Positions 1 to 10,742 of a stretch of 64,000 bases of DNA are shown in pieces. Every line of letters begins with the position of its first letter. Position 1 is the stretch's first letter. Under the pieces are notes generated by a model, which did not search any database, was not told the DNA's origin, and worked only from the letters and a program-made list of their open reading frames with translations. This DNA is from Balanoglossus misakiensis (Eukaryota; Animalia; Hemichordata), in NCBI GenBank assembly GCA_040954595.2, contig CM082587.2, positions 2,323,000-2,386,999 on the forward strand. The letters are read 5' to 3'. A program made the position numbers and the translations under genes.

Positions 1-26
1 ATCATTTTTGTTCAAAATCTTCACAG

Positions 27-3000
27 TTCCACTCTAATGTCCAGCCACAACCAAGTATACCAGAGCCTTGCCAAATTGATCCGCTGGGCTGACAAGCTGT
101 TGATCCACGGGCTCACCGAGAACGACGACGGCAAAGTCGACGAGGTGACGATGGCCGTCCGGAGCGGGATAAATGAACTGGTCAAGTTGTCCATCGAGAA
201 GCTGCATGACAAAGAGGCCAGGAGGAATCTGTCTCCTCCTTCGTCACAGATGTTGAGAGTCGAGAGGTAATGGTCACTTGTCACTTCCCACACGGGTGGT
301 CGTTTCTTTTTAAAAGCTTACAAAGGAAATCGCTGTGCCGCTCATTTTAGTCCTCTACATTTCATGCAATTTTTGTGTCAAAATCAAAACTTCAGCAGGC
401 AGACTTTGTCGTACACACAAAAATTTTTGCACATACTTTTCATGATAATAATATAGCACAGAGAATCATAGTGTGGTAATTACTGAAAATGGTGGTAATG
501 TTGGGTTATGGGTAAAATAGCACTGAAATATAATGTCATCCATTTTCGTGTTTCTCTCGACATCCACGTGTCATACTACCATCATCATTTTTACAGCAAT
601 AATCGACAACATCGTGCATCACTTCCTGAATTACCGCTCTCGCCAAAAGAGAAGGAAAGTCTGACAAGCAGTGCCCCGCTTTCCGTCTCGTCCGATTTGC
701 TCGACCGCGCCGGGTCGGAAGATCTCCCGCCACCCAAACCACCCTTGCCAAAGCATAGAGTGCCCCCTCTGATTATAAGCAATGGGTAAGTGCAAGTCCA
801 CGTGCATGCTTCACAGAGCCACCTATATCTTCCTTGTGTGACCATTTCCCTATTATAATGGAACCAACCACGCAATTGAATAAATCCATATATATACAAT
901 ATATGCTTCATGATCAGTACATTTCATGTTGAGTATCCGCACTCATGCACTTTTCTGATTTCATGCACAGGATGTTAAAAACACTTTCTTTCGAAACACA
1001 TCATAAATACAGTACAGCTCAAGTGTAGGGACTGAGATAGTTACATTAATTTGCCTCCATTCTTTTCGCAGGAATACGTATTGCCCGCCTAAAACAGCCC
1101 CTCCTCTGCCGATCAAAAAGAGATATTCTGGTCCACCTTCCATCAATAGTGATGTCGTTTCATCAGGTAGTGGATCACCAGAGTCATGGACTATGAATAA
1201 CTGGTACAATAACCCTCCTGCATCTCCGTATGATAATGTAACAAGATCTCCAAACAGCAGCAATGCATCCATATACAGCCAAGACTCTCCTTCTCACAGC
1301 AGCAGCGGTCGACCGAGCAGTCTAGCGTCTGGCGGAAGTACTGGAGCCACCCTGGCAGAGCCAGAAGAAGAAACGGACTATGCGTACTTAGATAAAAATT
1401 ACAAAATTGGACAAGAGATCGCCGAGGCGACTGAAAAGACCAGACAGCGCTTGTTGTACATGAGTACTGAGTCAGGAAAGTTCGCAAGTTTGAGTACTGA
1501 GTCAGGAAAGTTTTCGAGCTTGAGCACCGAGGCGGGACAGTTTGCAAGTTCAGAAAGCAGTGTGTGTTGCCAAGCGTCCTCATCGTCATCGTGGACGAAA
1601 ACGGAGAGTTCGTGCACATCCGAAAAACGGGTGGAAAAAACGGCAACTTATATGGTGTCTTCGTCGGTCGTTTCCTCCTCCAAGACCTCGTGTCACTCGT
1701 ACACAGGCACAGCTGTCAAACAGTTGAACTTTGGGGACGGGTCGCCGGCGACCATTTTGTCTGCCGTTCCTCGTCACGTGTCGACAGAGATACCCGCGGT
1801 CCACCAGCTCTTGGACCCCTCGCTCCACCAGGGGCCCTCCGACTTGCGTTGGCGTCATTCGTACCCTCCCGAGCCACCACTGTTGCCTGATAAGAAAGCC
1901 AAGCGCCAAGACTCGGAATACGACAATGTGTCGTCAAACAGTACAAACCTCTCGGCATCCAGTGAGGACGTGTGGCAAATGCAGGCACCGGGAAAGCCAC
2001 CAAGGATCAGGGAATCTTCACAGAGAATAAGTGATCCCCCACCATTGCCCGTAAAAAAGAAACAGACAAGTAAGTTTAAACATTCAACTCGTGTTGAACA
2101 TTTTTGATGTGTCCAACTTACAATACAAGTGAGCTGTATACAAGTGATGAAATTTCGTCTCTTGTAGTGCAAAACTGAAGTGCAAATCTCCTCCCCACTA
2201 AAAAATTCCAAGCAAAGTAACAAAAGAAATGTGATTTTTTTTTCAACAGTCGATGCATACATTGGATTCTTGATGGACTATGCAGAACCTGGTTTTGAGC
2301 AATCCAAAAGGAGAACGTTTTACGAGTATGTGTCCAACATGGAGTACGAGCGGTACTACATGCAGTCTGAGAGTCGGTGGTTTAACCCTGATGACAGTCG
2401 CAGTGCCTCGCCTGTGCCCTTACCACCACTGCCACCCAAGAAGCGAGATTCTGCAAGTGAGGTAAGCTGTAGTTTGGAGGTGTTGCTTTTATTCTGAGTT
2501 AAACTTATCACACTCGTACTGAATATACCGAGTCACATTTTCTTGAAGCTAAATTTGTTACAGTACACAGCTATCCCTTAACACTTCCCACCCACCTGTG
2601 GTAAGAGTAGGTTTGGTTTCTGGGTAAGTGTGTGGTGGGTACTGTCAGAGGGGTGGGAGACTATCCCACACTCTAGGTTTTGCTTAAAATTCATAATTTT
2701 CAGGACACTCCACTGTTATCTGATAAACTCAAACATACGCATATCTTACTGACAGAGAAACAGACAGACAAAACACAAGCTTTCCATTTTAACACAGACA
2801 GCATGAACATAGAATAATTTCTTGACGCTCTTTATGACTTCAGGCAATGATGTTATTACAAGACACAAGGTTGCGGTACAACACAAGTCCAGAATCCACT
2901 TTAAAACCCATGGTCAGCGCCAGGAAGAAAGCTGAGAGCATGATAGAAGGAACTGCTGCCAAAGAAAATCACAGACAGCAAAAACAGGACAAGTAAGTCA

Positions 3001-6000
3001 AGAAGTACAGTTTTGTGTTACATATGAATATGGCAAAGGCACATGCAATTCACTGCAGCATCTTTAGATCCCTGCCTTCATGTCTGTACCAACCATTCTT
3101 TACAGAGCTGATGAACAGTCAGCAAGTGGCAAAGCTGCCGACAAGGATGGTGAAGACAATGACTTTGATGAACTCAATCCCCTCGATTTGCTGGATGTGA
3201 CTCACTTACTTATACCAAAGAAAAAGGTAGAGTTAAAACCATTCAGTATTGGTCAAGTTTGGGGTGGGCTTGAGTATGGTTGTCTCTGCAACATTGCAAA
3301 TAGGACTGTGATGATTCTAGGAGATAGGGTTTTAGTGAGACATCATTGAGTTATTCATCTCGAGCCGAAGACTAACAGATATTTTGATGTTTCATTCTAG
3401 GAGGAGGAAGGCCCGGATGTCAGAGGGGGCACAGCTGATGTACTGGCAGTGCATGCCACAGGAGTCAGTAAGAAAGGTATGTAATATTGTTATCATATGA
3501 AAATGAAAACAATGCTATAAGAGCAGTCTTGCACTGTATATCTAGTAAATGATATGTGCCTCCACCTGCTCTTATTTTCCTGTCTCTTTTGATTTCTTTC
3601 AGATTTCATGTTCAGAGAAGCTTTTCTAACCACCTACAGAACTTTCATCAAACCAGGAGATTTAATCAACAAGCTGCTCTATAGATATCCTTTGCCACCA
3701 TTTGAATTCTTGTAGGTGCAAAAGTAAAGATCAAATGCTTCCAAAACAGAAGTGATTGCATGTTAACTGAACCTATGCGATTGCCTTTAATCTTACATTT
3801 GTCCTTAACATCTTCTCCACGTATAACAAATTCCGTACCATGAGTGACTTGAAGTGTCAGAGAGCCAGCAAGAATGCATTCTTCCTGTTACTGAGAGTGG
3901 CAGATGAATTGATGTAAGTTGAACTGTAGTCACATGTTTAGTCAACACAAACTCTGGTTTCTTGTTACAGTATGTGAAACCCAGAATTCAAATACATTCT
4001 AATACACGTATTTTTGTGTTGAACAGGTCTGCATATAGACTGCAACAATGACATGCATGCATTTTTTGTCGCCTCATTTCAGCGGTCAAATTGAAGACGA
4101 CATCATCGAGATACTAATGGACCTGGTGTTTCAGTTGCTTTGTGATGGAGACCTTCGGCTGGCCATTCTTTTGAGGGACAAACTCTTGAAGAAGGTGGAA
4201 AACAACAAGAAAGCGGCCAAAATATTCAAGCCACTGGCAAGTCTCATGGTCTATGCAAAGTGAGTAACTCAACTTAGATGTTGATGTCCAAGATCACTAT
4301 GAGTCAAGAATGTATATTGATCATTGTGCATCATTCTTCATTGTCTTTCAGAAGAGACACTCTTCACGATTTCCATGCATCGGAAATTGCAGAACAGATG
4401 ACAATACTGGATTCAGAACTCTTCCAGACAATAGAGGTACTATTCCACGACTAAATAAAACTTTCTTTGACTGTATGGAAAATGAACTGAGGTGCTTACC
4501 TTACTGGTGAAGTGAAAATGCACTACTCTTTATAAACTATGAATCCTTAAACCATTAAACTAGACTAGTATTGAAGGCATGCAGAATATGAAACCTTATT
4601 ACCTTATAAAACTGTCCGACAAGAGGAATAATGTTTTTTTTTTTGCAATGACAGTTACCAGAAGTACTGCTGTGGGCGAAAGAACAATCTGAGGAGCTGA
4701 GTCCAAACCTGACCATATTTACGGAACATTTTAATAAAATGTCATATTGGTAAGTGGTTGCCATGGGTTTCATAACTTGCTAGGAAGAAATGAAGGTCTC
4801 GATTTGAAAAATACTAAGGAACATACATTAAGGGAATTGCTCCTAAAATCTCTTTATCCTAATACTCAAATTTGCTTTTTTTTTCTGTTAGGTGTCGGTC
4901 ATTGATTCTTCAACAAGACAAAGCTCAAGAAAGGGAAAAATTACTTGCCAAATTTATTAAAATCATGAAGGTAAGATATCAGTGGTTTTTATAGGTCGGT
5001 GGATATATCATGCTGGTTTGTCATTCTAGTTTGTGTAATTGTCTTACAGTTTAGACTATACATGTATTCTGTGTGAACATATATGTTTTTCATTTCTAGC
5101 ATCTTCGGAGGTTGAATAATTTCAACTCCTACCTGGCGCTATTGTCTGCCTTGGATTCAGCACCGGTCAGAAGATTAGAATGGCAGAAACAGACTGCTGG
5201 TGTAAGCATATCATTTCATATTCACTTCGAATTCAGCATCAAAACTGACAAGAACCTCCGCTAAACCATGAAAAATGCTCCACTCATGGAATCAATGCAA
5301 AACCTGTCCAGTAATGTTCAGACTTCAAATATTATTGCGTTCATCTTCCAGGATTTACAAGAATATTGTGTACTGATTGATAGTTCGTCATCCTTCAAGG
5401 CATACAGAGCAGCATTAGCTGAAGCAGAACCTCCATGCATACCGTACCTGTGAGTAGATTAAGCTTTTGGTTTCTTAGATTTTTGTGTCGCAAGAAAAGG
5501 CAGTAATGTTATCACCGTTATTTCAATCTAACATTATCATGTTCACTGGTTTTATTCTTGTCAACTACAAACTTATGATCTCAAATGTAGCATTCTAATC
5601 TGTTGTATTTTCTGCCTTTGCTTTTCATTTCCAGTGGTTTGATTCTTCAAGACATCACATTTATAAACCTTGGCAACAGAGACAAGCTGGAATCCTCAGA
5701 AAACCATGTGAATTTCTCCAAATGTTGGCAACAGTTTTCCATTCTAGATACTATGAGAAGATTCAAGCAATAGTAAGTGTTGAAACTTCATTAGCTGTGA
5801 CTTTTGGCTGTGACGTCGACTGAGATTTTTATATATTTTTTTATTTCCTGCTGAAGACATTTCTAAACCTCTTCTCTGTAATGATTTCCATTTCAGTCAC
5901 TACAGTAACCTGAAGAAAAACGACCGAATCATCGCATTTTTCAACGATTTCAATGATTTCTTGCACGAAGAGGCGATGTGGCAGTTGTCAGAGAAAATCA

Positions 6001-6038
6001 AACCGAGGGGAGGAAAGCAAAAAGACCCTGTTGACTAA
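27..6038 (+). CDS. RAPGEF1: Rap guanine nucleotide exchange factor 1 (C3G); 5'-truncated by the window edge; ~17 exons
   Basis: Exons ~27-266, 597-785, 1072-2069, 2250-2461, 2844-2992, 3106-3226, 3401-3477, 3603-3684, 3821-3913, 4083-4259, then RasGEF exons to TAA at 6036-6038. N-terminal 'VYQSLAKLIRWAD', several Crk-SH3-binding PxLPxK motifs (PPLPIKKR, PPLPVKKK, PPLPPKKR), REM domain (EEEGPDVRGG...FLTTYRTF) and CDC25 domain (FTEHFNKMSYW, NNFNSYLA, AEPPCIPYLGLILQD). Confidence 0.93.
1461..1550 (+). repeat. Three ~30-nt coding tandem repeats [(M/L)STESGKFAS-like] in the large RAPGEF1 exon
   Basis: tgagtactgagtcaggaaagttcgcaagtt / tgagtactgagtcaggaaagttttcgagct / tgagcaccgaggcgggacagtttgcaagtt. 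Confidence 0.85.
3685..3820 (+). other. U12-type (minor spliceosome) AT-AC intron in RAPGEF1
   Basis: 5' ATATCCTTT at 3685, branch site TCCTTAAC at 3802-3809, 3' end CAC at 3820. Removal restores the frame KLLYR|YNKF...KNAFFLLLRVADEL. Confidence 0.92.
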
Positions 6039-6284
6039 CAATCAGCGAACAATTGATGCTCAGAACGTTTCGTACATCTCAGCTTCTTTTTCCTGGAAAG
6101 GAAGTTTTTCAGCATTTTATTGTTTTGTTGTGAAGACCTGTGTCTGTATTAAAAATGTAAATATTACACAACTCAAACCTGGAACGCATTTCCGTAATAT
6201 GATATCAAAGTCAGGATTTTTTTTAAAGTTAGCAGAGAGTATTCTTTTACATTTTGTTTTAAAAACATTTGGCAATTTTGTTAA

Positions 6285-6815
6285 AAGGACAAAGTCTCTC
6301 TCTTGCTGCCCTTTTCCCATTAATTATGTTTGATACAAAACACCATTGATGTTTGGCTACTTTAGATTATTCATTTATTGCCGAAAATAATTCTTCATTT
6401 ACTCATTAAAGTAGGGGGGAGGGGGACTTTTCAAAATTGCCTTGAAATTAAGACTTTCAAAATGGCCGCCAAATTTGAAGTTCAAAATGGCCGCCTATAT
6501 CTGTGCTTAGTCTATGGCATTCAAAATGGCCGCCAAATTTAGTGACTTTGACAATCTCTATGGTAAACATTATGAAGAAATTTTACTCGCACACACCTTC
6601 CATCCCACTTGTAGACACGAGAGTGAAAAACTCGCCAAAATAAATATTCGGTGTTTACCATTTATTCATTTTGGCAAGATTTTTACTCTCATATCCTGCA
6701 AACGTGATGGTTGAATGTTGATTCACTATATATCCACATATGCATTAGCATAAACAGTGTAGTGAATCAAACATAATAAATGGGAAAAGAAAAGTGAGAG
6801 AGAGACTTTGTCCCT
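6285..6815. mobile_element. Non-autonomous TIR element (MITE) with TTAA target-site duplication, Kolobok/T2-like, downstream of the RAPGEF1 stop
   Basis: TTAA at 6281-6284 and 6816-6819. Imperfect ~55-bp terminal inverted repeats (AAGGACAAAGTCTCTCTCT...CTTTTCCCATTAATTATGTTTGAT versus ATCAAACATAATAAATGGGAAAAG...AGAGAGAGACTTTGTCCCT). Three internal CAAAATGGCCGCC copies. Confidence 0.8.
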
Positions 6816-9800
6816 TTAAGAAGCACTTTACAAGCTTTAAAGTTAAACACACCAGTGTACATGGACTTTGAATTTTTGTAGACAATGCAACGTGGAGGTC
6901 AGTGTTTTTGTTGACTGATCCTGTAAGGACAGATTTTATGCACTAAGCATTGTACGATGCCATAGATAATAATATTGTTTGTGCACTGAGAATTAAACAC
7001 ATTCAGTGGTGACATATTTGTTAAGAATCATGATGTCGATACTGAAATATAGAGGAGAGTTACTGAAGCTTGTGGACAAGTAGACATTTTGTGTACATGT
7101 GTACGTCACTTTAAATGTAAAAAGTTGAACCCTCGAACAATCTTTAGTGATTGTTTGTATGTAAAATGTATCTCAGAAGATTTTGAAATCATTTTTACAA
7201 GATGTCATTTTTAAGAAAGTGTGAACTATTAAATTTCCTATAAACTGATAGAGTTTTTGATTGTTTTCCCCTTTCTATAAGTTCTTGAATGAATTTATGA
7301 ATAGTTCTCCCTGGTAGTAGGCTAGATGCATAGAACAGACCTCAGCAATTATGAAAGTATTCAGTCTTGTGACATGAAAAAAGTACTGTAGTCTTTTATA
7401 CATCTTATAACACTATTGGATGACTGTAACAGTTTTGATAGTGGAAATTTAATGTAGTCTTGAATCTTTGAGAGAATGATTGGGTCATAGTGACCTTGAA
7501 GGTTATTTACATGTACACTTGACATGAGAGAAGAATTGGCACTTTTCCCTGTAAGTTTTACTTTCTCTTTGATTCATCAGTGAACAACTGACACTTAACT
7601 TCTGTTCTGTACATGAAATATCCAGCTGCATGCTGGGTATTGAGTCAGTCTAGTTTGGTTCTTTCAAATTTAAACACAAAAAAGTCAATTTTATTTTTAA
7701 AGGTGTGCTTTCTCTAGCCCTGAGCAAAGTCTGTAGTAGTTTTCACAGACGGATCTTGCATTTACCGCTGCAGAATATGGCATAGGGATTTGCAAATAGT
7801 ATCAAAGTAGTGTATGTGTTCTGACAGTGTATATACGTATTGTGAAAATTGTCATTTTTGATACACAGAAATGACTTTATTGTCAGGAAATCCTTTCTAC
7901 TGGAAAAGCCAAGTTTTAATGATTGATTTTGAATTCTTTTTTTGCAAGAAGACAATCTCAGCTCAGTATTTATATTTATCAGTTGCTTAGCATTTGTGTA
8001 CCAGATGACAGGCAATGCACTGGTGTTATACCAGGTGGCATTGGGTAACCAGATATCTGACAGATGTATACCAGATGTAATCCCCCAACCCAGATAGGTT
8101 TGTCAGATGATATCTGCCAATCAAATTGATGTCTACCAGATACCACTATATTCATGAAGATGGTATTTTTGTCACAGAAGTTCAGTGAAGTTTTTAACAC
8201 ATAATGTTCAAATGGACATTGTAAATTTATATAGGTATGATTTTTGTAGTGTCTACTCAAGAAATGGCAAACAACTGTCTAAAAGATAGAACCAATTTAA
8301 ATTCCCTGTAATTCATGAACTTTTTAAGTATTTTTGACACATTTGTATTATTGTAGTATTATGTACACGTTTATCATTTTCTGTAGATATGTTTGGATGA
8401 ATGATCATTGTCTTGCCTCATGTTTTGTAAGTAAACTAAGCTGTGATTGGTTACTTGTGCAAAAAGTCTGTGAATGTTGTTTCATTTGTCTGACTGATAT
8501 TTGGTCAAAATTGCCATGTTAAGTACACCACCCTTAACATGATACTGTGCGTATCACACACAGAACACTACAGGGCTAACCTAGTTTTGCTATTATACTA
8601 ATTTATTCAATATTTCTCAGTTCAGTATTGTAATTTAAGATACATACGCACAATATACACAAATAATACACCATCTCTACTCAAGAAAGATGAGACCTTG
8701 TTTTAATAAGTACAATGAGTGAAATTATCTACATTTGGAATTTTCTCCTGGCTAGAAATACGTTACAATCTCGACTCGACAAATCATTTATGTATCACAA
8801 TGCCATATAGAATTATAAATAATGATGAAAACTGGGTATAAACAAGTCTAGCCCCTACTTCATACATCTGTCAACTGATTTGATTATTACAAATGGCCGA
8901 CTGCTTTTGTGCTCAACCACAGTGAAAGTAGAACTGCGAGTATGATTTTATCTGAAGTTGGAGTACTCAGATCAACCCACAGAAAAAAGATGTCAGACCC
9001 TACTTTATCCTCAGTACTACCAAAAACTGTAAAAGGATTTTTTTTCAAACACTAGTATTGCACTTAATATGGAAATTAGAAAAAATGTTCCTGGTTTCTT
9101 TTCTCTTCATAACTCACTCATATGGCAGTTGTATGTATGATTAGCTTCTTTGTGAACAGTTGCAGGTAACAACACAAAAAGGGGGGAAAACAGGCTGCAG
9201 CAGTCCTCAATCAGAGAGGACTTACAGACGATTAATGTTATTAATTTAATGTTTAGACTGCAAGAGCCAAGAGTGGATTAGCTGTAGAAAACTTTTTAAA
9301 GTTGTAAACTAGTCATTCATACATACATGTACCTGAATCATGACATTAAATAATGTATACATACATAGATACAGATCAAATCAGGAAAGATGTCCACGAC
9401 AACTGTTTAGTGTAGAGCGAATCAGCATTCATTGTGAAAGACTACAAATATTGCCACAGAAAGCATAACACACAGGTTGTATCAGCTATGTACGTCCAAA
9501 CACTGATGCATACCGCTGCACTCACAGGTAGAGCTGATACCGGCCGTGAACAAGACATGGTTTACATATTTGTCTATCTTTACGACAACTACACAACTGG
9601 TCACAACCCAGTCACTTGAAGAAATTGGTCCCACTTCTCATCAGAAAGGTAAAATGTGTTTCACTAAATGTACGATACAAGCTCGACACACAGAATCTGT
9701 GGGGGCTGTTACAGCTGTGTTAAGTGTAGCATAGATGGCTGAATTGATGATCTAGGGTCTGTACTATTTTGCTTACAGACTATTTAATACATGAGTCTTA

Positions 9801-10742
9801 AATAATGTCCACACGAGTCAATAAGAATTTGTCTTGAAACAGTAACTTGACATGCATTGAGAGTATTAAATTACTATCAAAAAATGTATTAACTGCAAAT
9901 ATGGAATAAAATATTGCAACTTTATTGCTGCTCCGACGAACCAAGTCCAACCAACCTTCCCATATATTTTGGTAAAATCTCGTAATCTATCAGTGAACTA
10001 GACAATGACATTGAGGGACGGGGTAGGATTGCTATGATCACAAACTGCAGATGCTAAGCTTTTGTGATTTAGATGCCAGACTGGATATGACAACACATGC
10101 CTATGTCCACATATGAACACTTTATATGTTGGTTTTTGAGTATGCCATCAAGCCAACTGGCCAAGGATGCTTGGACAAGATAGACAGGAATGAAGCATTG
10201 ATGTAGAGCAATGATGGGAGGTGTGGCAGGTGTCTGTTTTTACTGGGTTTTTACACCATGTGATACTGAATTGTGTGGTCAACTGCGATCCTTTACGCTT
10301 TGACACTCAACACCACAATCGCCCTCGAGGCTACGAAATGTCGCGCGCAACAAAATATTTATACCAAGAAGAGTTGAAGAAACTGTAAACTTAATCTCTG
10401 CATATTAACAATAAAAGTACACTTGCATCAAATCTACAGAAGGAAAGTCCCGTCTTACTAATAATATTTTTTACACAGCTATTGGACATAGTGAGTCCCA
10501 ATGTACAAAGTTTGAAGTCTAAAGCTTTCTCTTGAAAACCAGTACGGTTACCCATAAAGTAATATTCCCAATAGTGACTGCGCACACAGTCAGCAAAATC
10601 CTTACAATTACAATTAATAGAGCTGTTCTTAATTTACAAATATGAGAGTGAAAAAAGCAACTTTTCAGACACAGTGAGCCAGGATTGGCTCCTTTCAGGA
10701 GAACCGGTTTTATTGGTGCAGAAATCACGAATGGCCAGGTGC

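Noticed and set aside
1542-2262. Alternative-frame and antisense ORFs over the large RAPGEF1 exon
   Set aside because: GC-richer coding exon with few stops in other frames; no recognisable protein features.
8821-8880. TGATGA...CTGA resembling a C/D box snoRNA
   Set aside because: Short, with a minimal terminal stem, not intronic, and no recognisable rRNA guide.
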